A stretch of DNA of 64,000 bases from Chrysemys picta bellii (taxonomy: Eukaryota), in the NCBI RefSeq assembly GCF_011386835.1, contig NC_088812.1:17918001-17982000 (forward strand), in the 5' to 3' direction. Position numbers and translations under genes: made by a program. The notes beneath the pieces are model-generated. The model worked only from the letters and a program-made list of their open reading frames with translations, was not told the origin of the DNA and searched no databases. Of the stretch, positions 1 to 11,827 are shown in pieces (position 1 is the first letter of the stretch; each line of letters opens with the position of its first letter).

Positions 1-142
1 TCACTTCTTCAGATGCATCTGAAGAAGTGAGGTTCTTACCCACGAAAGCTTATGCTCCCAATACTTCTGTTAGTCTCAAAGGTGCCACAGGACCCTATGT
101 TGCTTTTTACAGATTCAGACTAACACGGCTACCCCTCTGATA
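1..142 (+). mobile_element. PLE-derived short element, copy A (left part off-window), inverted-dimer type
   Basis: Bases 1-30 are a perfect palindrome (tcacttcttcagatg|catctgaagaagtga); the tail to ...gactaacacggctacccctctgata differs from 44510-44636 at only 2 positions. Confidence 0.85.
15..55 (+). ncRNA. Minimal type-I hammerhead ribozyme motif, copy A
   Basis: GCAT CTGAAGA A GTGAGGT-TCTT-ACCCAC GAAA GCTT ATGC: helix I GCAU/AUGC, core CUGANGA, helix II with a bulged A, GAAA, palindromic AGCU, NUH = CUU. Confidence 0.75.
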
Positions 143-787
143 TAGATAGATAGATAGATCCCGCCCGCCCTCATGGAACTCAATTGCAAAGAATTGCAAA
201 GCTCCCAATGACCTGAGTGGTGGAGGATCAGAGGGTGTCCAATTCCCCTAGTTTCTAAACAAAAGCACAAAGACAAATTCCACACACATAAGCATCAATT
301 GGGGGGCGCTACTGTGTGTATGTTTCCTCTTTTAAGCGCGTGGGGTGACAGAATCTGTGTTGAGGAAGCTACAGGGAAAGGCAAGGAAGATTCGACCCAG
401 GCAAGGTGAAATTGCTCACCTAAACCACGTCAACTGACCCTAGATCCTGCAAACAGGAGTCTGCGGCCCAAGGACAAGCCGGTTCTCAGCGGGGCTCCGG
501 ACAGGCGAGTTAGCAATCTCTCTGGGTATCTGTCCCGGCTATAAACTCCCCCCGGGTAGCCACCAGGCTAGAGTTCGTCTTATCTGTGGTGCCGTGGTGG
601 GTGGGACTCTCCTTCCGCACGAATGCAGAAGTATTGGAGAAAATATAGGGCCACGTTGTCCCAGCCTACCTCCCCACTGAAACCAACGAGGGTCTGAGCC
701 AACTCTGTAGTTCACTGGAAAGTCTCCCAATAACTTCCTGTTAGTAATAGTTAGTAACCTAGCCCCTGTCATGGACCAGGACCAGGT

Positions 788-828
788 TCATAGAATCATA
801 GAATATCAGGGTTGGAAGGGACCTCAGG
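788..828 (-). mobile_element. CR1/SINE 3'-tail fragment
   Basis: tcatagaatcatagaatatcagggttggaagggacctcagg. Confidence 0.7.
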
Positions 829-1614
829 TTGTGCTAGGCCTCTGTCAGTTGGGGCTGGAAAGCTAGATAATTAACCTTGCAAATTTTCCATGATGAGGGC
901 CTGAGTCATTGTTTAATTTATTATTGTTTGCTTATCAAAACGGGGAAAGGGAAATTTGGGGAACATCTTTTTTTTTTTCAAATGGGCAAAATGTGATAAT
1001 GCTTAATAAAGAATGGAAACTGTCTTTTGCTATCAAATTATGCTCGCATTAGGCAATTCTTATTGGTATTGCATCATCAGCCAATGCTTACTCTGGTAAA
1101 GAGGGATCTACACAGTTTGTGGCCTGATGGGAGAATTTGGCAATCAGATGTAGCAACCTGAATAATTTTTTGAGATTATTCAGTTAGGGCTTATATTCAC
1201 ATCCCTTACTCCTCCAAGGGTGTCTTACTCACAGAAGCAGCTTCATTAGCGTTCGTGGTAGAGCTGGTTGGGGAAAAGATTTTGTTTGGATGAAAAAAGC
1301 TATGTGAGTGAAGTGCTTATATAGTAGTAGGAGTAGTGGTAGTGGTAGTAGTAATGAATATAGACAACCTGAGCTTCTACTGAAAGTGAAGGGCTGGCAA
1401 AAACAACTCTTTTGCAACCCAGTCTTTAGTCTTCTTTTGGTCTTTTGTTGCTCAGACTGGATGATCTTGGCCCCCACTGAAGACAGTCTGAGCTTTGACA
1501 TGGGCTTCAATTAATACCAAGGATTGGTTAAGTGAAGCTGCAAGGTTTCATTCCAGTGTTTATGGCTGCTGATATACAATGTACAATATACAATCCTTTA
1601 TGCAACACATACAG

Positions 1615-1925
1615 CAGGAGCAGGCAACCTATGGCACGCGTGCGGAAGGCAGCACGTGAGTTGATTTTCAGTGGCACTCACACTGCCCGGGTCCTGGCCA
1701 CCGGTCCGGGGGGCTCTGCATTTTAATTTAATTTTAGATGAAGTTTCTTAAACATTTTAAAACCCTTATTTACTTTACATAGAACAATAGTTTAGTTATA
1801 TATTATAGACTTATAGAAAGAGACCTTCTAAAAACATTAAAATGCATGACTGGCACAGGACACCTTAAATCAGAGTGAATAAATGAAGACTCGGCACACC
1901 ACTTCTGAAAGGTTGCCGACCACTG
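1615..1925. mobile_element. hAT (Buster/Charlie-type) non-autonomous element, 311 bp
   Basis: 8-bp TSD acatacag (1607-1614, 1926-1933; TA at positions 4-5); TIRs caggagcaggcaacct / aggttgccgaccactg. Confidence 0.88.
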
Positions 1926-2071
1926 ACATACAGAAACACACACGCACACACACAAACACACACATGCCGTTCCGCACTATGTCGAGGTATTTGAGTATTT
2001 TTATTCAACCATCCAGTTGTCACGTGGCAGTGTGTGTCTGAAGCTTTAGGTCCATATATTTTATTAATGAC

Positions 2072-2125
<54 letters not shown>
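2072..2125. repeat. (AGAT)n microsatellite
   Basis: Read directly. Confidence 0.95.
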
Positions 2126-2126
<1 letters not shown>

Positions 2127-5004
2127 GAACGGCCATACTGGGCTAGATGGACAGTGGCTAATAATCACGTGATCTTTCTTTTAACAAAAATCTGATTTTT
2201 GAAAGTAGCATAACGGGCACCTACTTCCCTTGGATTCGTTTGTAAATCCCAACCAGAGGTGCTAAAAGTTCTATTCTGACTCCACCCAGCTGTATATGTA
2301 TTCTAGAGAATAGCTCAGTCTATGTCAGGTACTTATAGGGTCCCCCGTTAATATAGGAGCGCCTCATTCCATCCCCTGTGAGGTAAGGAGGCGCGATTAT
2401 CCAAGTTGTACAGAGAGAGACTGTGTCATTTGCTTCCAAGAGTCGTGCAAAAACCCTGTGCCCCAGCTGGGAACAAAACCCAGGTCTCTTGCTCAAGCCC
2501 CAGACTAGAGACCTATCCATGGACCCACCATCTTACCTATCCGTCTGACCTCACAAGCATTTCTGCAGCCCACCTACTGTAGTTTCCCATTGTCTTTCCT
2601 TCCTCCAGCTTTTTAGACAGGTCAAAGAATCACTAGAAAAGGGGCAAGCTTTCGGGAGCGAGGGAGGCACCAGGAGAAGGAAAGTGCCTTTTGATTAAAA
2701 TTGCTCAGGTAGAAACAAACTACAATAGAAAACTCATAACAAGGACACAATGTTCGTATTTCCCATCAGACATAAGGAGCTACGATCAATAGTCTATTAC
2801 CTATTCTCTACAAGACAGGGTTGTCTATAACGCACAGGATTTATTTCCATCTGCCACTCCGTATTTCAGCCCGATCTGCGGTGTCATGTTGGATACATGT
2901 CGGTCGCAGTGCTGCCTGTATCTCACTAACGCCATGTCCGGTGATGTTGTGTGGTGTCAGGTTGTGTAGTGGTTTCACTTCAGAGTTGTTGTCTTCTGTT
3001 ATGTCTGGCATTCACCCTGACGCTCAAGAGAGCAAAAACCGATCATATAAAATCTAGGTATGTGAGCATGTGATTTCCGTGGACATCTTTAAATAAATTC
3101 GACTGAGGAAAGTAGACGTGAAGGTCCGAGGCTGGTGAAACCTCTGACTGTCCATTTCCAAGCGGAACATGTTGGTCAGTTTCAAGATTTGATGTGTTTC
3201 AGAGAAGCTCCCGCTCCTAAAGTTCTGCTCGGGGTGGGGGGAGCAAGCAACTTCATAACACCGCAAGATTTTCTTCTGTGGGGCTTAATATTTTAACCCC
3301 CGTCTTAACTGCTTTGCGAGGTGAGCGACACTGCCGCATGCTTAATGGGGGAGTGAATGTCTCTCTTATGTGGCGCTAGGTCTAAGATTTGGAAAGCGCC
3401 TGTGCATTTTGGGTGCCTCCTTTCCGGGTGTTCTGATTTTCGGTTTTTCAGGGGTGCTGAGTACCCAGCCTGGACTAAGGGACACATTTTAAGCCTCCGT
3501 TTTGAAGTGTGTTCTCCTGATGGTGTTTATGTGTGTGACTTGCTTTGTTTTAGACTCATCCTCACTGGTCCATACCTTCCTTCCCTACTCACACTGATCA
3601 CCATAGCCCTCTCTAGCGTGGTTTCTCCTATGTACAGGTTTTCGGCCTTTAGGCTCCAGTTCCCTTCTATCCCAGCAAGGCGAGAGAGGACAATTCTGCC
3701 GCTGTTCCTAAATAGACCCGGGCAGTCAAACGTGAGAATTCCGCCCTTGCCCATGGGTTGAGTCCTTCTCAGTTGCTCAGCTCTTCTCAGTCCTTGTTAC
3801 CCAGAGAGCCGCAGGATGGACTGCTCACCCAGTCCTGGATCTTCTTTGGCACTGGGGAGCAGTTCCCCTGCGCTAGCCCGGGAGCTGTGCCACAGCGGGC
3901 TGAGTACATCCAGGAGATGCCAAGAACAAAACCAGTTCATACCTAGGGGGCCTTTGAAAATCCCAGCCCTCTGCTTCTCCCAGGCCCCCTGTTTCTTATT
4001 ATGCTCCTATGCAAATCCGGAATTAACTTCGCAGCTCCCCAGACTCTCAAATGTTTTGCCATCCCAGTCACCGGCTCACACGCGAGCCATTTACTAATGT
4101 AAAAAGTAAAGGATATCTTTAAAAAAAAATCCCTCAAAACCTTGGAATCTCTCTCCCCACGACAGCTGTAGCAAACGTTCCGTTTTAATCATGTGCAAAA
4201 TGCTTCTGAAGAGTGTGTTTGAAACAAGCGAACTAGTGTCTAATGAATCCAATGCCTCTCGGATTAGAATGAGAAATGGCGTCCCCATTCGTCATTGGGA
4301 ACATGAAAAAGTCTGGCACAGGGGTTGCCTTTTTATTTGAAACAAAAGTGATGAACTCATACAAAGAAATTCGAAGAACAAACAAAGCAGCGGCAGAGCA
4401 ATCATGGTTTGCATCAATAAGCGCATGTCTATAAATAAATATTCAAGCAAATATAGATTATAAAGTATAAATGACCATCTATATTAGTTCACACAGATAT
4501 ACATGTGAGCGCACATGAACACACAAACAGCTAAAGCTTCTTTTCAAGTTTTACATTAATAACGTGTGAACTACTGATATCAGTAAATATGGGAATGATT
4601 TAGCTAATTTTAGCCCTTACTTTTCCAAAACCCAGTTGCCAAAAAATTTCCATTCACATCCACTTTCTTTGCAAGGTAGTTTCATCCTGTTATGAATGTG
4701 GTTACAAATATTTTTCATATTCCAAAAGAAAAAGAGGCCAGTTGATGACAAATCCTGAAATTAAGTCTTAAAAAATGGAGAATTCTGCGCGCTCTCTCTC
4801 TCCATTCAAAAATTCCCATTGGATCATTGTTTTCCAAGAAAATTCGCCTGAATAAGGACCCAGGGTTTCAGCCCACTGAATTTAATGGGAGTGTGGGGTG
4901 TGGAAAGAATGCAGGACCGGGTCCAAAGACAAGAGAGATGCGGGGCTGGAATAATATGTATAGTGGGGGTGCTGAGAGGCATTGAACCGAACTGTTAACT
5001 CTGC

Positions 5005-5075
5005 ATATGATGGAAACCACTTCCAGCCAGGGGGTGGTGCCGCACCCCCCAGCATCCTTACTTCCAGCACCTATG
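5005..5075 (-). mobile_element. Fragment of the same hAT MITE family as 50631-50768
   Basis: Ends in ttccagcacctatg (reverse complement CATAGGTGCTGGAA) and carries the reverse complement of the gaagtggtttc motif. Confidence 0.55.
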
Positions 5076-5114
5076 CAAGAGAAACTGCAACAGCTAAGAG
5101 GGAAAACTTCATGC

Positions 5115-5255
5115 TCTCTGTATGTGTGTATGTATATCTCCTCAATATATGTTTCACTCTATATGCATCCGAAGAAGTGGGTTGTAGCCCACGAAAGCTT
5201 ATGCTTTAATAAATTTGTTAGTCTCTAAGGTGCCACAAGTACTCCTGTTCTTTTT
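5115..5255 (+). mobile_element. PLE-derived terminal-repeat fragment, copy B, with a hammerhead motif at 5165-5204
   Basis: GCAT CCGAAGA A GTGGG-TTGTAG-CCCAC GAAA GCTT ATGC, followed by the family tail aataaatttgttagtctctaaggtgccacaagtactcc. No clean TSD found. Confidence 0.8.
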
Positions 5256-5700
5256 AAAGGTAAAGTTCATGGAGTCTAAAAAGTCCTTGCAGGAGGTTTC
5301 TCTTTTCTTTTTAACTTTATAGTTTATTCCATGATCTTTACATTTCTAACTGATCCCTACATTTGCTTTCTTGTCTGAAAATGTGAAGGTGTGTACGCAG
5401 GGTAGATAAAGATTGGCTAACTAGACGAATAGATAACTATGTATGTGTGAAGAAACATAAATATGACAAGAAACTAGTTAGTTTATTTTAGAATGGATTT
5501 GTGAGTGGGAGTGCAGATTATATATAGAGAGAGTACATGCACATTAGATAGCAAATATCTATATAGGGATTATGTATATAGATGTATTCCTATATAGATA
5601 TATATCCATATGTATAGCTAGGTATCCATCTAGCGATGTAATGTTTATATAATCTGCACTCATAAATCCATTCTAAAATAAACTAACTAGTTTGTTGTCT

Positions 5701-5756
<56 letters not shown>
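5701..5756. repeat. (TC)n(TG)n compound microsatellite
   Basis: Read directly. Confidence 0.95.
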
Positions 5757-5760
<4 letters not shown>

Positions 5761-8174
5761 AAGAAACTAACATGCAAGTTAGATCATTTTAGAGTGGATT
5801 TCTCTGTTTGTGCGTATGTATGCCAAGTACTTAAACATTAGACAGCTTGATGGACAGATATCTATATGGACATAAATGCATTGAAATACATACTTATGAC
5901 AAAACACTAGTAAGAAAGTCAGATTATTTTTAAATGAATTTACTGTGTGTGACGACTACATAAAGACGAGGTTACTAGATGGATAGATAGATAGAGCTAT
6001 GGATACATAGAGCTATGGATATATATACACACATACATAGGACAAGACACTAACACGAAAATTAGATTATTTTGGAATTAAATTTGTATGGGTATGTTTA
6101 GGTTTAGGTTAATACGAAAGATATGTGCAAGATCTCTCAGAAATCTACTTTTCAGTTGATCGAGGAGCGATTATGGAATGATGAAATACTTAGAATTTGG
6201 ATTTTTCATTTGCACTTCTCTGAATCGGTGTCATGATTTCCATTTTACGTGGTCCAAAGTTTTAACTCTTTGCTTCTTGGTTCTTTCCCCACAGACAAGA
6301 CAGCCGCAGGAAACATGTAACTTTGCCATCAAAGGGCTTATATTGAGTTACCTTCAAACCAAGACTAATCCGGCCAGTGTCTCTGCAAACCGCCAATGCG
6401 CTCTGAATGGGGGAAGTTAAAATGAAAGGAATTAACTGTTCTGGTGTGGGATAGATGGACACATGAAGAACACCAGTTCACTTTTCTAAATAAGTTATTT
6501 AAATTCTAAACTTGTTGATGTATTTTCGATGGAGACTCATCGCAATTATTTTCCTATCAGCAGTTTGCTCTTTAAGAGTCACATATTTAAACATAATTTG
6601 TATAGGGTAGAAATGTGTACACGATTTAAACTAATTTAAGGGCACGTATTTCCAATCATTGGCAGCATATTTGGATTCACTTTTAATGTTCCTAGAGGAA
6701 GAAATCTAATTTAAATCGTATCTGACACAATGTAACCACTCTCTTTTGTTATAGGGTGATATTTTAAAATCCCTCTAACCCCAGTGTTACTTACTTACTT
6801 ATTTTACTAACCGAAACCGCAAACAACTAATTAATAGGCCGATGACTAAATTCATATGAGTCCAGCGATTTTTTAAAAGCAGAGCTCTCTATTAATTTAA
6901 TTGGTTACTTCTGCTCCTACTTAAGGTCCGTGATTATTCTTTTTTTTTTTTTTTAAGTTTACATGCAAAACTGGCCGAGAAATACAATTAAAAGTCTGTG
7001 TTTTTATTTCTATAATTGAGAGAGCGTTGCCATAGAAATTAGGATGTATGTCTTTATTCTTGTTTGTTTTTAGTTCCAAGGGTATATCTTAATCCACTTG
7101 CTTTGTTGTAGTTGTTGTGATGATGATGATGACTGATGATGACGTCTTGACTTTCAGCAATATTTAGGAAACTTCCAGGAAGCAAAACATGTAGCGATCA
7201 CTCTACTATTTTGGGACAAGACACTTTATAGTGACTTATAACGGTGGTCATAGGATCGAATATTTCACTGGAATAACAGTTTAAAATGACAAGATAGATT
7301 CTACATTTTGATATTATTTTTGCTTGTAATATGTATACTTATCTACCAAGATAGATGGGTAGGAACCCACAGATAGATGCACACATTGCATATAAATAAA
7401 GATCTTTGGTAGCATCACATCTTACTGCACAAGAACATTTGGCTCAAAGACCACAGTAAGTTACTATAAAGTGTATTTTTTCCTAAAATACCACAACATT
7501 CCTTATAAATATTAATTTTTCGAAGTTTCCTGATGAAAGGAAAGAAGAATGTAGAGATAGGATTGTAATTTTTTAAATAATACCTCTACCATGCAATGCT
7601 TTCTCAGCTCAAACATAGCACGTCTTTTGCAATAGTTTAATATTCTTGTTAAAAGGACAATTTGAAACTTTACTTCCGTGACCATTTTCATAATTCCGTA
7701 TTTTGGGGATTCGGGTTCAAATGTTTTAAGAGAACTATGTCAAGTCAATTACTCTTGTTTTATGATGCATGCCTCAAATAGCTATCTGAACGGAAATGCT
7801 TGCTAAAAACATACTTGACAATTAAAATATTAACGGAGTCTTAAACCTTGTAGAATTGGACCGTAGAATTGTGTTCGAATTTGTGTGAGAGTATGTTGTC
7901 TATCTACCTGTCTGCGAGGTGGCACTGTATCCATTTTCTTGTCCTCTGGAAGACGCAGCTGGGCGAGCACTGAGGAAAAGAAAATACAATGTATGTACGA
8001 AATAACAGCAGAGATAACAAAGAGGAATCTACAAGAAAGATTGAAAGACCATAGGCCTCCTCTATGAAATACTTCCAAAAAGCGGTCCGAATAAGTGGCT
8101 ACCATAAGCAAAAGCAGTCAACAAAAGAACAGTTATGTCATGATGTTACCTCTCTACCCAGACAGCCCCTAAAC

Positions 8175-8977
8175 CAGGGGTGGGCAAACTGTATGGAGGG
8201 CCGGGTAGGGAAGGCTGTGCCTCCCCAAACAGCCTGGCCCCCGCCCCCTATCCGCCCCCTGACTGCCCCCCTCAGAACTCCCAACCCATCCAACCCCCCC
8301 TCCTTGTCCCCTGATCGCCCCTTCCCGGGACCCCTGTCCTCTATCCAACCCCTCTGCTCCCTGCCCCCTGACTGCCCCGACCACAATCCACACCCCCGCC
8401 CCCTGACATCCCCCCCGGGATTCCCACCCCGTATCCAACCGCCCTCTGCTCCTCTTCCCCTGACGACCCCCTCCCGGGACTCCACCCCTAGCTTCCCCCG
8501 GGATCCCACCCCCTTATCCAACCCTGCTTGCTCCCTGTCCCCTGACTGCCCTCCCGACCCCTATCCACATCCCCGCCACCTCACAGACCCCCCGGGACTC
8601 CCACTCCCAACCCTCACTGTTCCCCACTCCCTGATGGCCCCCCAGAACCTCCGACCCATCCAACCGCCCCCTCCTCCCCGACTGCCCTCCAGAACTCCCC
8701 ACTCCCTTACCCAATCCCCCCCCCCCCACGCTCCTCGCCCCCTTACCAGCAGCAGGAGCTCGCAGCTGCGACACCGGGCCAGAGCCAACTGCGCTCCCCA
8801 CGCTGCCCAGCGGGAGCGGCGGGCCAGAGCGCTGCCCGCGCCGCGGCTTGGCTGCGGGGGAGAGAGGATAGCGGGGGAGGGGCCGGGGACTAGGCTCCCC
8901 GGCCAGGAGCTCAGGGGCCGGGTAGGACGGTCCAGCGGCCCGGATGTGGCCCGCGGGCCGTAGTTTGCCCACGTCTG
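8175..8977. mobile_element. hAT (Buster/Charlie-type) non-autonomous element, 803 bp, with an internal C-rich minisatellite
   Basis: 8-bp TSD ccctaaac (8167-8174, 8978-8985); TIRs caggggtgggcaaact / agtttgcccacgtctg (14/16); internal degenerate cccctgactgcccc...atccaacccc units. Confidence 0.9.
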
Positions 8978-9775
8978 CCCTAAACTATTCTCTGGCAAAT
9001 CAGTTTACCGTGACTTGGGGAATCCGCAGCTGCTTTCCGCACGGAATTGGACCGTGACTCCTTTCACTTTTTCAGCTGCGCAAAAACGCCCGCATAACTC
9101 CGCACCAAATTGTGCCAGGTATCTCCTATCCCTGAGCTGCGCTTGGTCCTCTTGTTACCTTGGCCTGTCGGCCAGCCACGATCCTCCAGTCCTTTACTGT
9201 CAATTCCTCTGGTCCTCGTCCGGGGTGCGATGAAGAACAAGCGGTTGAATTCGTGTCTGTAAACCCAGGTGTGGACTGAAGACTGGGTTTGCAGAAGAAA
9301 GAGACCCACTGTTCCAAAAAGCAGCTTTGATCTTTTCACGATGAGTATGGGTCACTTGCATAGTTCTTCAGAGAAGGCAGCCCAGCAAGATCTGTGTCTG
9401 CTAAACACAGAGCCATGTCCCGGGCCGTGGGCTTGCCACTGTGAGCCTTTAAATTACAAACGCGTGGTTTGGGGCCAGCTTTATAGCGTATTTCCTCGAA
9501 TTTGTCTTTGTCTGGAAAAGCTTTTACACCAGATGCAAGTTTCATCTCTCTCTCTCCCTACCTACTTCCTGCCTATCTTGTTCCTGTTGCTGTTTATTTT
9601 ATTTTATTTTATTTTATTTTATTTTATTTTGATGCAGCTTAAAAGGGATGTCATTGACACCCTTGATCTTAATTAAAATACACAAATAATTAGAGAGGTG
9701 AAAGAGTGGCCCACTAACCTCTTTACCACATAAGAATAGCCAATTAGCACTTTCTAAAATCTGGCCACCTCAGAT

Positions 9776-9890
9776 ATCATAGAATCATAGATTATTAGGG
9801 TTGGATGGGACCTCAGGAGGTCATCTAGTCCAGCCCTCTGCTCAAAGCAGGACCAATCCCCAAATGGCCCCTTCTAGGATTGAACTCACC
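9776..9890 (-). mobile_element. 5'-truncated tortoise-type SINE / CR1 3' end
   Basis: atcatagaatcatag (reverse of the CR1 (ATTCTATG)n tail), gggacctcaggaggtcatctagtcca, ending in ggattgaactcac (B-box remnant). Confidence 0.75.
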
Positions 9891-10289
9891 TCTCTCTCTC
9901 TCTCTCTCAATGAAGTGGCCGGATTTTTCTATCTAATTTGCATATATGTGTGATTATCTCATTCCCACGAAAATATCACCATCCTCGTTACCCCCTGAGA
10001 GCTATTTACACTCCCAGATGTGAAATAACTGGCCTGACATTTCACTATGACCGTCCCAGAACTCTACACTACAGCGAGGCGCTCCAGTCCGTACATGTTT
10101 TCTCTTCTCTGAAAGTGTGACACGGTTGACATCAGAAAAGCGGCTACTGGGTGACGATCCCAGGTGTGCTCGTTGTTCTGCCTTTCTGGGTTCTTAGTTA
10201 ATTATTATTCTCATTATGTAAATAGTATGGACGTTGTGGGATTGGTCCCGTCCCGCTAAGCCCTCTGATCAGATCCAGCAACGCATTTA

Positions 10290-10595
10290 CTGGGATTTTA
10301 AAGGAGTTTAAAAGAGCTAGGCACTCAGCTCCCAATGGGATTCAGGCGCCTGACTCCCTTAAAATCAGCAAAGAGTCCTGTGGCACCTTATAGACTAACA
10401 GACGTATTGGAGCATGAGCTTTCGTGGGTGAATACCCACTTCGTCGGATGCCTGTATTCACCCAGGAAAGCTCATGCTCCAATACGTCTGTTAGTCTATA
10501 AGGTGCCACAGGACTCTTTGCTGCTTTTACAGATCCAGACTAACACAGCTACCCCTTTGATACTTGACTCCCTTAAATATATCTGAAAATCCCAG
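10290..10595. mobile_element. Older palindromic MITE-like element interrupted by PLE copy C
   Basis: Ends ctgggattttaa / tgaaaatcccag (11/12 inverted); taggcac/ggcgcctgactccc internal motifs also seen near 13310-13400 and 52850-52990. Confidence 0.5.
10364..10564 (-). mobile_element. PLE-derived inverted element, copy C, 13-bp TSD; hammerhead motif on the minus strand at 10412-10451
   Basis: TSD tgactcccttaaa at 10351-10363 and 10565-10577; 70-bp inverted arms 10366-10435 / 10454-10523 (1 mismatch); minus strand reads GCAT CCGACGA A GTGGGT-ATTC-ACCCAC GAAA GCTC ATGC. Confidence 0.85.
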
Positions 10596-11411
10596 TTTAA
10601 AGTAGTCGATTTAGCCATCCCATTAAAGCCCATGGAACCACTCACGAAGCCTGGTCCAATTATTCTGCAACACATCGCCCCCTCCATCCGGATAAGAACC
10701 AACCATTGACATCAAGAGCAAAGATGGCAGGACGTGACCATAGGACGCCAAAGCCGATTTGGGTGCGGCACAGACACATTCTTCCAATAGCTACTGCGCT
10801 GAACTGTCTATTCGACCAGCTCATTAAAAGCTCCAAACACCATAACCAGGTTTAGTGCTATATGTGACTATATGGCTCGCAGTCCAGGTGCACTGCTCCT
10901 CACCCGGCGGCGCTTTTACTGATGGGGTGAGTGAAGGACCCACCGCCGAAGTGCCGCGGAAGACCCGGAGCGCCGCAGGGTGAGTAAAAATTAAAAAGGC
11001 GCCAAGAAATTGAAAAGGCCACTTGTGCTCGCTGCCCCGCTCCTATCCACTTCAAAGAGGAGTGGTATCCGCGATCAAGAAGCAGTTTAGGACCCAGACT
11101 TTTGGCGTGGTGGTAGCAGAAAGCACATGGCTCTACACGGCTCAAGAGAATAGACCATAGATAGCCCCATACATTTCTCTGAAGCACGTGGACCTGTTCC
11201 GAGAGTAGGTTGCGGTGCCTGGAGCCTGTGTGGCTATCTTTATGGAGTTAATAGAGAGGAATCTGGAGATTGCACTGTTCTTGTTGCCTGTTGGTCCCAG
11301 GATATTAGAGAGACAAGGTGGGTGGGGTTCTTTTACTGGACCAACTTCTTTTGGTGAAGGAGACCAGCTTTTCAGCTACACAGAGATCTTCATATCTGGG
11401 AAAGGCACCCA

Positions 11412-11688
11412 GCCCTGGTCTCTACTAGAAAATTAGGTCAATTTAACTTGGTTGGTCAGGGGTGTGAAAAATCCACACACCTGAGTGGTGCTGTAAAACC
11501 AACCTAAACACCTATGTAGACATTTATGTCAAAGGAAAAAAATCTTCCTTCAACCTAGCTACTGCCTCTCTGGCAGGTGGATTATCTAAAACGACAGAAG
11601 AACCCTTCCAGCAGATGTAGGTAGTGTCTACACTGAAGCCCTATAGGCGCTAGTGTGCCCCTGTAGCATTTTAAGTGTAGACAAACCC
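11412..11688. mobile_element. Non-autonomous DNA transposon (Harbinger-like GTCTACAC/GTGTAGAC-ended MITE) nested in the PLE terminal repeat
   Basis: Right end aagtgtagacaaaccc, degenerate left end gccctggtctctacta, internal gtgtagac/gtctacac motifs; removing it rejoins the PLE sequence gtgacactctga|gggtgcctttcccaga (minus strand). Confidence 0.55.
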
Positions 11689-11827
11689 TCAGAGTGTCAC
11701 AACTATATATAAGGTGGAACAGGCTGTTTGGCATAAGTAGTTAACTCCTAAGGGACCATTCAAGGTGAAGTGGCCCATTGACACTCCCCCAATCATAGGA
11801 CGAAAAAAAGGGGAGCAGGCTAGTGAG

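Noticed and set aside
296-311. CTCF-like GGGGGGCGCTA here and GGGGGGCGCC near 54100
   Set aside because: Only the 3' half of the motif matches; the CC..AG half is absent.
7528-7550. CTGATGA...GAAA resembling a hammerhead core
   Set aside because: No helix II between the motifs and no helix I/III partners. The same applies to CTGATGA near 35816 and CTGAAGA near 4208 and 22487.
8064-8998. 299-aa proline-rich ORF and several overlapping Gly-rich antisense ORFs
   Set aside because: They lie within a TIR/TSD-bounded hAT MITE whose C-rich minisatellite lacks stop codons; compositional artefact.
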